NCBI GenBank assembly: GCA_963833085.1
Contig: CAWHWV010000008.1
Coordinates: 36,286 to 100,285 of the forward strand
DNA: 64,000 nucleotides
Source: an uncultured Pseudomonadota bacterium
GTDB lineage: Bacteria > Pseudomonadota > Gammaproteobacteria > Steroidobacterales > Steroidobacteraceae
Reading direction: 5' to 3'
In this document: positions 18,118 to 27,807 of the stretch, piece by piece
Layout of the letters: each line of letters starts with the position of its first letter
Numbering within the stretch: position 1 is the stretch's first letter
The notes under the pieces: model-generated
Databases searched by the model: none
What the model saw: the letters and a program-made list of their open reading frames with translations, nothing else
What the model was told of the DNA's origin: nothing
Program-made: the position numbers and the translations under genes

Positions 18118-20238
18118 TCAGGGAGCCAGGAGGCGGGAGGCGCGGCTCAAGGCGGCCCTGAGCCCGGTGGAGGAGATTGCCGCATCGCCGACGAGCCGTT
18201 CGGCGAGCTCGACGGCCGGCTGCGGCTGACAGCAGTAGTATCCCTGCCATTGATCGCAGTCGAGGGCGCGGATGCGCTCCAGCTGCTCCGCTGTCTCCAC
18301 TCCCTCGGCGACCACCTGCAGGCCCACGCTGTGGGCGAGCGAGACGATGGCGCGCACGATCGACTCATCCGTCGGGCTCGTGGGCAGATCCCTGATGAAG
18401 CTGCGATCGATCTTCAGCTTGTCGATAGGCAGCCGCCGTAAGTAGCTCAGGCTCGAGTAGCCGGTGCCGAAATCGTCGATGGCGATGGTGATGCCCATGG
18501 AGCGCAGCAGCTTCAGCACGGTCGCCGATTTCTCCGGATCGATCATCAGCGCGCTCTCGGTCAGCTCGATTTCCAGGCTGCGCGGATCAATCCCCGCGGC
18601 ATTCACCGCCGAGACGATGGTCTCCAGCGCATCCTGGCAGCGAAACTGCATCATCGAGAGATTGACGGCGATCTTGAAGTTGATGCCGGATTCCGCGAGC
18701 CAGATACGCGCCTGACGGCAGGCTTCTCTCAGCACCCAGGCATCCAGCGGCACGATGAGTCCGGTTTGCTCGGCGAGCGGGATGAAGGAGCTCGGCGCGA
18801 TGAGTCCTTTCTGCGGGTGGCGCCAGCGCAGCAACGCCTCCACCGAGAGAATCCGGCCGGTGCGGGTCGAGATCTGCGGCTGGTAGTGGACCTCGAACTC
18901 GCGCGCCGCCAGCGCACGCCGCAGGTCGTTCTCGAGCGCGAGACGCTCCTGCATCGAGTCCGACATGCTCGGGTCGAAGAAGAGGACACGCCCGCCGCCA
19001 TGCCGTTTGGAGCTGACGAGCGCGGCCTCGGCATGCGCGAGCAGATCATCGCCGCGACGCGCGTCGTCGGGGAATACGCTCACCCCAATGCTGATGCGAA
19101 CACGGATCTCCTCACCATTCACCAGGAACGGCTGCTCGAGAGCCGCCAGCATCCCGCTGGTGATCGCGTGCGCCTCCATGCGCGCGGTCATGCTGTCGAT
19201 GAGGAGCCCGAAAGAGTCACCCCCGACGCGCGCCAGCGTGTGAGGAAGCGGCACCGCGGACTCGAGGCGATGCGCGATCTCCACCAGCACGCCATCGCCG
19301 ACGCCGTGACCCAGAGACTGGTTGATGGAGCTGAACCGATCGAGGTCGATGGCGGCCACGGCGATCGTTCGCCCCGGGTGATGCCGCTCGGCGAGCGATC
19401 TCGCCAGCCGCTCCTTGAGGAGATTGCGGTTGGGGAGCCCCGTGAGCGGATCGTGGGTGGCAATGTGATGCAGGCGGGCGTGGGCTTCCGCCAGATCGTG
19501 CCGGCTGCGGCTCGTGTGGTCCTCGAGCTTCTGTTGGAAGGTCGCTGTCAGCTGCCTGACGATGAGCGCGGCGGCGGCGAGCGCGGCGATCGTAACGGCC
19601 AGAAGGCGTCTGCTGACGAGGGTCGCGGTGCAGCAGCGGGCGCCGAGAATCTGCCATTGCGAGGGTATTCCCGCGCCGAGCCCGAGAACGGCAAGCGCGA
19701 TCAGCACCGCGAGCAGCACGCGCGTCCGCCTCGAGACCCGCAAGGCGTGGTGGCGGCCGAATGCCAGCCACAGGCCGCTCGCGAAGGCGCCGAACGCGAG
19801 GCTCAGGCAACCGGCAGTCCATGCCGCGGCCGCAGGTGAGCCGAGAAGCCCACCGCTGGCCTGGGCGATCGACCACTGTATGCCCCAGAGTGCCACCGAG
19901 AAGCTGAAGGCGCTGCCGACGATGGCGGGCAGGTCAGGATCGCGGCGCGCGATGAAGGCCAGGGCGCAGAGTTGGCCCGAGCACGCAATCGCGAGCGGCG
20001 TGAGGCCGCCGGCAAATCCCGCGAAGGGCCAGCCGTGAGGGCCGAGTGCTAGCGCTTCGAGCACGCATGCAGACCAGATTCCCACGCCGAGGGCCAGGGT
20101 ATTGCCCGCAATCCGGACGGCCGTGCCCGGCGGCCGCGCGCTCGAAACCCAGACGGCGGCTGGCAGACAGCCGTAGCAGGCGAGGAGCGTGACACCGGTG
20201 GCAAATGCGGCGATGACGGGATCGACAGGGTGCGTCAC
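18118..20238 (-). CDS. membrane sensor GGDEF/EAL protein (degenerate GGDSF, intact EAL)
   Basis: About seven N-terminal TM helices. The GGDEF domain reads RVGGDSFGL (19210-19224). The EAL domain carries VEALLRW, EIELTES and DDFGTGYSSLSYL. Confidence 0.9.
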   Translation of the reverse strand: MTHPVDPVIAAFATGVTLLACYGCLPAAVWVSSARPPGTAVRIAGNTLALGVGIWSACVLEALALGPHGWPFAGFAGGLTPLAIACSGQLCALAFIARRDPDLPAIVGSAFSFSVALWGIQWSIAQASGGLLGSPAAAAWTAGCLSLAFGAFASGLWLAFGRHHALRVSRRTRVLLAVLIALAVLGLGAGIPSQWQILGARCCTATLVSRRLLAVTIAALAAAALIVRQLTATFQQKLEDHTSRSRHDLAEAHARLHHIATHDPLTGLPNRNLLKERLARSLAERHHPGRTIAVAAIDLDRFSSINQSLGHGVGDGVLVEIAHRLESAVPLPHTLARVGGDSFGLLIDSMTARMEAHAITSGMLAALEQPFLVNGEEIRVRISIGVSVFPDDARRGDDLLAHAEAALVSSKRHGGGRVLFFDPSMSDSMQERLALENDLRRALAAREFEVHYQPQISTRTGRILSVEALLRWRHPQKGLIAPSSFIPLAEQTGLIVPLDAWVLREACRQARIWLAESGINFKIAVNLSMMQFRCQDALETIVSAVNAAGIDPRSLEIELTESALMIDPEKSATVLKLLRSMGITIAIDDFGTGYSSLSYLRRLPIDKLKIDRSFIRDLPTSPTDESIVRAIVSLAHSVGLQVVAEGVETAEQLERIRALDCDQWQGYYCCQPQPAVELAERLVGDAAISSTGLRAALSRASRLLAP

Positions 20239-20376
20239 GGCAGGCGAGGGTTACCGCTTCGGGTCGGATGTAATCCGCTACCATAGCGATTCGGGCGCGC
20301 GCCGCGAATTGAGGATTGTCGGTATCGCCGCCGGGGAGAGTGTGTATGAGCGCCGCCGGGCGGTCCACCGTGGGAG

Positions 20377-21027
20377 TCAGGCCTCGATGATGCGGTTACG
20401 GATGGCGTAGCGCACCAGCTCCGCGAGCGAGCCGAATCCGCCCTTGCGCATTATGTTGCTGCGATGGGTCTCGGCGGTCTTGACGCTGATCCCGAGCGCC
20501 GTCGCCACCTCCTTGTTGCTCTTGCCTTCGGCGAGGAGTTGCACGATCTCGCGCTCGCGAGCGGAGAACCCGCCAGAGCCGGGCTCCTCGGCCGCGGATG
20601 GATTACGCAGATAGCCGTCGAGAACCATCCTGCCGAATTTGGGGGTGAAGAACGAGCCATCCGCGAGCAGCGTCTCGAGCGCCGCCATCAGGATGCGGCC
20701 GGCATCCGACTTGAGGACATAGCCCTGCGCGCCGGCGGCGATCACCTCGCGCACGAGTTGCTCCGACTCGTGGACGGTCAGGATCAGGATGCGTGCCTCG
20801 GGCCATGAAGCCAGGATTCGGCTCGCCGCGGCAAGTCCGTTGAGCTCGGGCATGGTCAGATCGAGCACAATGAGGTCGGGCTTGAGGTCCAAGGCAAGCG
20901 TCACGGCATCTCGTCCGTTCGTCGCCTCCGCCACCACCTGCCAGCCGGGGCGCTGCGAGATCTGCGCCGCGATGCCGCGCCTCACGACCTCGTGGTCATC
21001 CGCGATGAGAATTCGAACCTGGGTCAC
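20377..21027 (-). CDS. response regulator, NarL/LuxR family
   Basis: The GTG start at 21027 overlaps the kinase stop (GTGA). Sequence: VTQVRILIADDHEVVRRG...DLIVLDLTMPE...REREIVQLLAEGKSNKEVATALGISVKT. Confidence 0.9.
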   Translation of the reverse strand: MTQVRILIADDHEVVRRGIAAQISQRPGWQVVAEATNGRDAVTLALDLKPDLIVLDLTMPELNGLAAASRILASWPEARILILTVHESEQLVREVIAAGAQGYVLKSDAGRILMAALETLLADGSFFTPKFGRMVLDGYLRNPSAAEEPGSGGFSAREREIVQLLAEGKSNKEVATALGISVKTAETHRSNIMRKGGFGSLAELVRYAIRNRIIEA

Positions 21028-23093
21028 GAGGCAAGCCTTGCGGCGTTCTGAGCCGAGTTGGCTCGGCCGGAGAGCGGTATGCACGCGCGGACCAGCGTCC
21101 CGCCGGCAGTCGATTCGACGTCGAACGTGCCCCCGAGCTGACGGATGCGCTCGCGCATGCCGGCGACACCGACTCCGGCAAACCGTCCCGAGGACGCCGG
21201 ATCGCTGCCCTCGGCGGCCGGCATGCCACGCCCGGCATCCTCGATCTCGAGGACGAGACTCCCGGGCTCCGCCCGCAGCCGCACTGCAACCCAGGGACTC
21301 GAGGAATGGCGCTGCACGTTGGTGAGCGCCTCCTGCGCCACCCGGAAGAGGGCGAGCTCCTCCTCGGGCGCGACCCCGTGCAGCTGCTCGGGCAGCTCCA
21401 ACCTGACTTCGAGCCCGCTGCGCGCCCGCAGGCCGTCGGCCAACCAACGCAACGCGCTCGAGAGCCCGAGCTCATCGAGGAGCGGCGGATGCAGGAGGTA
21501 AGAGGCGGTCCGAATCTCGGCCGAGCACTGCCGCGCCAGGCGTACGCACTGCTCGAGCTGCTCGCGGGCCTCGGGGGAGAGCTTCGCCGCCTCCCGCCCG
21601 AGCTGTGCGAGATCGATCTCGAGTGCCGCGAGCGACTGGCCGGTGGAGTCGTGCAGGTCGCGGCCGATGCGCCGCCGCTCCTCGTCCTGCAACTGCAGCA
21701 GCTCGGCGGTGACTCGCCGCAACTCCTCCTCCGCACGCTTGCGTGCGGTCACATCGTGAACGAGTGCAAGTGCGAGGGTGGTGCCTTCGGTGCTGAGGCT
21801 CGAGAGATCGACCTCCGCGGGGAAGCTCTTGCCGTCATTCGCGCGCTTGTGCATCCACTCGAAGGTGATGCCGCCCTCGCGCGCCGCGGTGAGAATCCGC
21901 TCCCGCGCCAGCTCCTCCGAGGGGCGCCCATTCGGCTGCAATTCAGGAGAGAGCGCCCAGGGTGTGAGCCCGATGGCGGCGCCCTGACTCTCGAGCCCGA
22001 ACATGACTGCCGCGGTGCGATTGGCGTCCACGAACCGATCGCCTTCGAGCAGGAATACGCCGAACCGCGCGCTGTCGACCAGGGTGTTGTAGTCGCGTTC
22101 CCGGGTGCGCAGCGCACTCATATAGTGATTGAGGACCGCGGTGAGGATGAGAATGAGTGCGCTGAAAGCGGCCGTAGCCGCGATCTGCTGGGCGCGCCGG
22201 ACTCGCCAACCCGCCAGGACCCTGTCCTGGGACTGACCGGCTACCACGAAGACGGGATAGTCTCTCAGGGGAAAGTAGGCGGAGATCATGGTCTTGCGGG
22301 TGAACTCGCCCTGGCCCTGGGCGATGCCGCCGCGTTGTCCGGTCGCGACGCCCTGCTGGAAGAGCGCGCTGTGCGCGACACTGCGGCCGTTGTAGCGGTT
22401 CTCGACACTCGCGAGGATGGTGCCGTCGTATCCGACCAGCCCCTGCTCACTCACCACGCTTCCGAACCGTTGCTTGAGTTGCTCGAGGCCGGCAAAGCTG
22501 ATCAGGGCACCTGCCCAACCACTCGAGCTCGCACCCGTCTGTACGCGCCGCGCGACCGGGACGACCCAGCCGGCAGAATCTTCCGGATCGCGCATGGGGG
22601 CGCCTACCCACACGTCATCGGCGCTGGCCAAGCCCGCCAGGTAGCCCGGAGCGCTCGTGCCATCGAGCACGCGCGTGCGGCTCGCGAGCACGAAATGACC
22701 CGCGTCCACCAGGAACAGGGAGCGCACATATGTGCCGCCGGTGAGGTGACGCTGCAGCGCCCCGCCAACCGCGCCCCCGGAAAGGCGATCGAGCCCTCCA
22801 GCGGCACGGACCTCACTCAGCGCGGCGCGCGCGGCCCCCATGCCATCATCGAGCATCGCCAGAGCGGCACTGGTCAGTGCCGCCGTCACCCCGCGCAGGC
22901 CTTCCGCCTCATCCTGCATCACCTGCATGTAGTCGGCGTGGATTCTGAGCGCGGCGAACGCGCTGCCGGCGGCCACCGCCACGGCAGCATAGGCAAGGAG
23001 CGCCCAGCTGATGGCCAGGGGGACTCCCAACGGGGCAAACGGTCCGCGTGCCTCCGCCCGAGGCTGGGACCGAATGGATCGCCGGAGCAGCAT
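21024..23093 (-). CDS. sensor histidine kinase (periplasmic sensor, PAS, HisKA_3, HATPase)
   Basis: RIGRDLHDSTGQSLAAL (H-box of the NarX type) and ALTNVQRHS...IEDAGRGM...GVGVAGMRERIRQLGG. The start is ambiguous between 23093 and 23171. Confidence 0.85.
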   Translation of the reverse strand: MLLRRSIRSQPRAEARGPFAPLGVPLAISWALLAYAAVAVAAGSAFAALRIHADYMQVMQDEAEGLRGVTAALTSAALAMLDDGMGAARAALSEVRAAGGLDRLSGGAVGGALQRHLTGGTYVRSLFLVDAGHFVLASRTRVLDGTSAPGYLAGLASADDVWVGAPMRDPEDSAGWVVPVARRVQTGASSSGWAGALISFAGLEQLKQRFGSVVSEQGLVGYDGTILASVENRYNGRSVAHSALFQQGVATGQRGGIAQGQGEFTRKTMISAYFPLRDYPVFVVAGQSQDRVLAGWRVRRAQQIAATAAFSALILILTAVLNHYMSALRTRERDYNTLVDSARFGVFLLEGDRFVDANRTAAVMFGLESQGAAIGLTPWALSPELQPNGRPSEELARERILTAAREGGITFEWMHKRANDGKSFPAEVDLSSLSTEGTTLALALVHDVTARKRAEEELRRVTAELLQLQDEERRRIGRDLHDSTGQSLAALEIDLAQLGREAAKLSPEAREQLEQCVRLARQCSAEIRTASYLLHPPLLDELGLSSALRWLADGLRARSGLEVRLELPEQLHGVAPEEELALFRVAQEALTNVQRHSSSPWVAVRLRAEPGSLVLEIEDAGRGMPAAEGSDPASSGRFAGVGVAGMRERIRQLGGTFDVESTAGGTLVRACIPLSGRANSAQNAARLAS

Positions 23094-23327
23094 GAGTGCG
23101 CGCCCCCGACTGGTGCGAAGTTCTGACCCGCCGGCGCCATTGTGCGCCAACTTCCCCCGCCGCTCCAGCACGCCCGCGCGCGCGGAAGTGCTCCGGGGTC
23201 ACGTTCCGAGAAGGGGAAGTGCTACCGTGCGCACAGTTCGAGCGGCTGCCGATGGCGGCCGCGGCGGCCTCTCTGGGAAACTGCGCGATGGTTGCGACCG
23301 CTCCTGTTGCGGTATTCGGGGTGAGGT

Positions 23328-23900
23328 ATGGTTGCCGGCATCATCTTCCTGTTGCTCCTGGTCCTGCTGATCGGGTACATCGTCACGATCTACAACAACC
23401 TGGTGCGCACCCGCAACGAGGTCAAGCTCGCCTGGTCCAACATCGACGTGCTGCTGGTGCAGCGGCACGATGAGCTGCCGAAGCTCGTCGACGTCTGCAA
23501 GCGCTACATGCAGCACGAGCAGGAGACGCTCGAGCGCGTCACCCAGGCACGATCCCAGGTGGACACGGCGCGTCACTCCGGCGATGTCGGCTCGGTGAGC
23601 GCGGCGGAAGGAGCCATGCGCGGCAGCCTCGCCAATCTCTACGCCGTTGCGGAGCGCTATCCGGATCTCAAGGCCGACACGATGTTCCGCAATCTCTCGG
23701 CGCGCGTCAGCGCGCTCGAGACCGCGATCGCCGACCGTCGTGAGATCTACAACGATGCCGCCAACGCGCAGAATGTCCGGATCGAGACATTCCCCGATGC
23801 GATGGTCGCCGGCTTCTTCAATTTCGCCCCGGAGCGGTTGCTCAAGTTCGATGCCGCGCAGAAGGCCGACGTCGATGTCGGCCTCGCGTTCAGTAAATGA
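23328..23900 (+). CDS. LemA family protein
   Basis: An N-terminal TM, then YNNLVRTRNEVKLAWSNIDVLLVQRHDELPKLV...YPDLKAD...YNDAANAQNVRIETFP. Confidence 0.9.
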   Translation: MVAGIIFLLLLVLLIGYIVTIYNNLVRTRNEVKLAWSNIDVLLVQRHDELPKLVDVCKRYMQHEQETLERVTQARSQVDTARHSGDVGSVSAAEGAMRGSLANLYAVAERYPDLKADTMFRNLSARVSALETAIADRREIYNDAANAQNVRIETFPDAMVAGFFNFAPERLLKFDAAQKADVDVGLAFSK

Positions 23901-24794
23901 CATCGCAGGCAGTCGACCCTCACTTCCTCGTGCTTGCGCTGCTGCTGGCCGCGGGCACCGTCTACGCCGTCTATTGGGTTTTCAAGAGCCTGCGCCGTGA
24001 CCGGTTCGCGGCCGATACGCCCCTGGCGCACATCCGCTCGGCCGCACAGGGCTACGTGCACCTGGAGGGCAGGGCGGGACCGCCTCCCGAAGGGCCCATC
24101 ACCGCTCCCTTGAGTGGCTTGCCCTGCGTCTGGTGGGACTACAAGATCGAGCACCGCACGACGAACGGCAACAACAGCAAATCATGGCGCGTAGTCGACA
24201 GCGCCAGCAGCGTGGCGCCATTTTCCCTGAGCGATGGGGACGGCGAGTGTCTGGTCGGACCGGTCGGCGCCGCCGTGACACCGACATCGCACGAAACATG
24301 GTACGGCGACACGCCGCGGCCCCCTTGCCTGCCGGGCCTCGAGGGTAGAGGCTGGCGCCCTGAATGCGACTACCGCTATACGGAGCGAGTGATCGGCGCG
24401 GGTACGCACCTGACCGTGCTGGGGGAGCTGCGCTCCCGCTCGGTCGTCGAATCGATCGAGCGCGAGGTCGGCAAGGTCGTGGTCGAGTGGAAGCACGATC
24501 AGGCGGGACTGCTCGCGCGATTCGATCGCAACCATGACGGCCAGCTCGACGCCGAGGAATGGGAAGCGGCGCGTGCCGCCGCCAGGCAGCAGGTCGAGGC
24601 GAGTCTCGGCCTCTACGGAGGCGCGGGAGAGCGTCGTCGGGCAGACCACCCACGGCGAGCCATTCCTCATCACTCCGCTCGACGGCAAACGCCTCGTCAC
24701 ACACGAGAAGCACCGCGCCGCGCTGGCGCTGGCCGCCAGTGTCGCGCTGGCACTCCTCACCGCGTGGGCGGCGCAGAGGGCCATGCTGCGGTGA
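23897..24794 (+). pseudogene. GIDE-domain membrane protein (usual LemA partner) with a frameshift
   Basis: The N-terminal part (TM, then AAQGYVHLEGRA...APLSGLPCVWWDYKIE) is in the 23897 frame. The expected C-terminus (GEPFLITPLDGKRL plus a TM, ...AAQRAMLR) is in the 24534 frame. The switch lies roughly between 24560 and 24640. 898 nt is 3n+1. Confidence 0.7.
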
Positions 24795-25147
24795 GGCGGG
24801 CGCGCGCGGGTCTTCTCCTGTTGCTGGCCGTCGATCTGCTGCTCGCCGGCTGCGCCCTGCTCGACGATACGCCGCCCAAGCGCTATCCCTCCGAAATCGT
24901 TGCGAGCTACGTCGGCGGACCCCTGCTCGACCTCGAGATGAAGTGGAGCGCGCCCTGGGACATCGCCAGTGAGGGCCACGGTCAGAAGGCCACGTGGCAA
25001 TTCGACGGATATAACTTCGCCGGCTGCACCGTCACGGTACACACCGACGCCGCGGGGATCATCAGGAAGGTAGCGTGGACGCCTGGCTGTGGTCCCAAGG
25101 GAACGGGAACCGTAGCGGGCAGCGATCCGGATCGCCCTGAAGGTTGA
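24791..25147 (+). CDS. small lipoprotein
   Basis: The GTG at 24791 overlaps the GIDE stop (GTGA). The N-terminus VRRARAGLLLLLAVDLLLAGC is a lipobox. Confidence 0.5.
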   Translation: MRRARAGLLLLLAVDLLLAGCALLDDTPPKRYPSEIVASYVGGPLLDLEMKWSAPWDIASEGHGQKATWQFDGYNFAGCTVTVHTDAAGIIRKVAWTPGCGPKGTGTVAGSDPDRPEG

Positions 25148-25183
25148 GGTCCAAGGGGCGAATTACGCCCCCGGACGCCGACG

Positions 25184-25843
25184 TTACTTCGGCTGCGGCG
25201 TGAGCCGCAGATAGGGTCGCAGCGCCTTCCAGCCCGCGGGGAATTTCGCCTTCGCCTCTGCATCGGGGATGGAGGTCGGGATGATGACGTCATCGCCGCG
25301 CTTCCAGTTGACCGGCGTCGCCACGTTGTGCTTCGCGCTCAACTGGATGGCGTCCAGCGCTCTCAGCACCTCGTCGAAATTCCGGCCCACACTCATCGGG
25401 TAGGTGAGGGTGAGCTTGATCTTCTTGTCGGGACCGACGATGAACACCGAGCGCACGGTGGCATTGTCGGCCGGTGTGCGCCCCTTGGCCTCGCCGGCGG
25501 TCTCCGCGGGCAGCATGTCATAGAGCTTCGCGATCTTGAGCTCGGGGTCGCCGATCATCGGGTAGTAGACCGGCGCGCCCTGGGTCTCCTCGATGTCCTT
25601 CGACCAGCGCTGGTGATCCTCGACCGGATCGACGCTGAGACCTACGATCTTGGTGTTGCGCGCCTCGAACTCGGGCTTCAGTCGCGCCATGTAGCCGAGC
25701 TCGGTGGTGCACACCGGGGTGAAGTCCTTGGGATGGGAGAAAAGGATCGCCCAGCCATTGCCGATCCACTCGTGAAAGTTGATCTGTCCCTGGGTCGTAT
25801 CGGCCGTGAAGTTGGGAGCCTGGTCGCCGATTCTCAATGACAT
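25184..25843 (-). CDS. 1-Cys peroxiredoxin (Prx6-like)
   Basis: MSLRIGDQAPNFTADTTQGQINFHEWIGNGWAILFSHPKDFTPVCTTELG... Confidence 0.95.
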   Translation of the reverse strand: MSLRIGDQAPNFTADTTQGQINFHEWIGNGWAILFSHPKDFTPVCTTELGYMARLKPEFEARNTKIVGLSVDPVEDHQRWSKDIEETQGAPVYYPMIGDPELKIAKLYDMLPAETAGEAKGRTPADNATVRSVFIVGPDKKIKLTLTYPMSVGRNFDEVLRALDAIQLSAKHNVATPVNWKRGDDVIIPTSIPDAEAKAKFPAGWKALRPYLRLTPQPK

Positions 25844-26017
25844 GGGAAGCCTCCGGGACGTTGATCTTTGGATGCCGCGCTATTCTAGTCCCGCCGCGAC
25901 GCAGCGCGAGCACGAGCGAGGAATGTGAGTATACCGGGCAGGCATGAGGAAATCCGCCCGGACAACAAGCAGGGGCGCTCCCCGAACGACGGGCGAGCGC
26001 CCCGAAGGTGCGCGAAA

Positions 26018-26392
26018 TCAGCTCTTGGCGTTGAAGGAAGCGCACCAGCCACCGGCGTTCACCGAGTAGCCGGCAAAGATCTGGCAGCCGCCGAAGCCGG
26101 AGCTGGCGCCGGAGGTGCCCTGGAAGAAGCGGCACAGCCCGCAGTGCTCACCGGCCTTGTAGGTCGGGAACTTGGACTGGTCGACGTTCTTCGCGGTCGA
26201 TTGATAGCCGAGCGACTTGGCAAGCGGGTCGCTCTCGGAAAGATGCGGCAGATTCTCGCCCGCGGCGCGGGCGGCGGGAGGCTTGAGCCCGACGAGCGCG
26301 GCCGAGGCCGCCACGGCGGCGCCCGCGAGGAAGGAGCGGCGCGACTGATCGGGCTTGTTCTTGGGCAGGGACACGGCTGAGCACCTCCGCAC
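26018..26392 (-). CDS. high-potential iron-sulfur protein (HiPIP) with a Tat signal
   Basis: SRRSFLAGAAVAASA twin-arginine motif and the Cys pattern CGLC...C...WC near the C-terminus. The exact start is uncertain. Confidence 0.85.
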   Translation of the reverse strand: MRRCSAVSLPKNKPDQSRRSFLAGAAVAASAALVGLKPPAARAAGENLPHLSESDPLAKSLGYQSTAKNVDQSKFPTYKAGEHCGLCRFFQGTSGASSGFGGCQIFAGYSVNAGGWCASFNAKS

Positions 26393-26512
26393 TATTTTTT
26401 CCAGAAGCCCGAGTATCGGCGATGCGGTGCCGCGCTGGCAACTCCGCCCCGCCGATCACCCCGGGGCTCCTTGGCCTTCAGCGGGTCCGAAGCTTGCTCG
26501 GCAGGGGCACCT

Positions 26513-27400
26513 ATGGGCCACGTCATCGCCTGCGTCGACGCACACGTACATCTGCACTCGTGCTACGACCCCGACGAGCTGCTGCAGAACGCCTACGACA
26601 ATCTCGCTGCAGCGAGTAACGGCGTCGATCGTGCGGCACGCAAAGCCTTCTTCCTGTTGCTTGCGGAGTGTCGGGCAGACGACTGCTTCGGCGCGCTGCG
26701 AGCGCTTGCGGACGGGCTGGCGGCATCGAACGGCGCTTCGGACCTGAACCTGCGGCGGTGGGCTATCGCGGCAACGGAGGAGACCATCAGTGTCGTCGCT
26801 CGGCGTGCGCAGCAGGAGCTCTTCATCGTCGCTGGCAGGCAGGTGGCGTGCCGGGAGGGCCTGGAAGTGCTGGTTCTCGGTACCACGCACCGCTTCGAAG
26901 ACGGATGGCCGATCCGCGAGATCCTGCGTGAGTCCGAGGCGTTGGGAGTGCCGCGGGTCATCCCATGGGGGCCCGGCAAATGGTTCTTCCGTCGCGGCCG
27001 GCTTCTGAATGAGCTGGAAGAGGGCATGACGTTCTTTCCGACATTCGAGTCTCTGCCGAGCTCCGAGCAGACCTTCTATACCGCGGTTCGCGCGGTCGAT
27101 GCCTACACCGGCAAGCCCGTCTGGGAGCATCGCGAGCGCGAGCGGACGGGCGATTCGACTGTATCGGGGCTGCTGAGTACGCGTGGCGGCCTGATTTTTG
27201 CGGCCGCGGACGGCGAGTTCTTCGCACTGGATGCACGCTCCGGCCAGACGCTCTGGACCGTAGGCGCCGGAGGGACGACGTACGCCGCTCCGGTCACCTT
27301 CTCTGTGGGCGGTCAGCAGTTCGTGTCGGTGGTGATCGGGCGCTCACTGCTGACCTTCGCGTTGCCGCAGACGCCCGCCGACGGCACGCACCCACACTGA
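26513..27400 (+). CDS. chimeric ORF: an HxH-motif hydrolase-like N-terminal part fused to the C-terminal blades of a PQQ-dependent dehydrogenase
   Basis: The N-terminus reads MGHVIACVDAHVHLH.... From about 27071 the ORF reads AVDAYTGKPVWE...LSTRGGLIFAAADGEFFALDARSGQTLW...YAAPVTFSVGGQQFVSVVIG, which is typical of the last beta-propeller blades of a PQQ-ADH. Confidence 0.5.
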   Translation: MGHVIACVDAHVHLHSCYDPDELLQNAYDNLAAASNGVDRAARKAFFLLLAECRADDCFGALRALADGLAASNGASDLNLRRWAIAATEETISVVARRAQQELFIVAGRQVACREGLEVLVLGTTHRFEDGWPIREILRESEALGVPRVIPWGPGKWFFRRGRLLNELEEGMTFFPTFESLPSSEQTFYTAVRAVDAYTGKPVWEHRERERTGDSTVSGLLSTRGGLIFAAADGEFFALDARSGQTLWTVGAGGTTYAAPVTFSVGGQQFVSVVIGRSLLTFALPQTPADGTHPH

Positions 27401-27411
27401 GCCTCACTTCG

Positions 27412-27564
27412 TCACGCTCGCCTCAGGAACGAGATCAGCGCGAGGATCAGGAAGATGACGAAGATGACCTTGGCGATCCAGGCGGCAGTGGCTGCCAGAC
27501 CCCAGAAGCCAAGGATCCCCGCCACGATGGCGATGATGAGAAATACAACGGCGTAGTACAGCAT
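27412..27564 (-). CDS. DUF1328/UPF0391 (YtjA-like) small membrane protein
   Basis: Translated by hand, because it falls below the 60-aa ORF-track cutoff: [50 protein letters not shown]. An AGGAG lies upstream of the ATG. Confidence 0.75.
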   Translation of the reverse strand: MLYYAVVFLIIAIVAGILGFWGLAATAAWIAKVIFVIFLILALISFLRRA

Positions 27565-27807
27565 CCGAGGGGCTCCTGTGAGTGTGAGAGCTTAGGCGCA
27601 ACTTTTGGTCCCGGGCCCGGGCAGGCGCCGGGATCGCACCGCTCGCTGCGCTCGAGACCGGCACAAGCTGCTTTTGGTGTCGAACAGCGAGAGCGTGGGC
27701 GAGGCCGATCGGGGATCCACTCGCGCAGCGCTTCCTGCCGGCGGCCCTCGAAACACACGTGTTGGTATGTTTGAAACGCCGGCGGCGACGCGGCGTGGCG
27801 AGCCGCG

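Noticed and set aside
20239-20376. The 4-bp GTGA/ATGA/TTGA start-stop overlaps (21024-21027, 23897-23900, 24791-24794, 33598-33601), considered as possibly unusual.
   Set aside because: This is ordinary translational coupling in compact operons. I used it only as support for start-codon choice.
21306-23126. A 606-aa ORF antisense to the sensor kinase. Similar long antisense ORFs occur at 16149-17072, 17431-18441, 18766-19839, 28443-29798, 37914-39563, 39920-40930 and 51459-53213.
   Set aside because: All overlap strongly supported genes on the other strand and have shadow-ORF composition (Arg/Pro/Gly/Ala-rich) with no family signatures.
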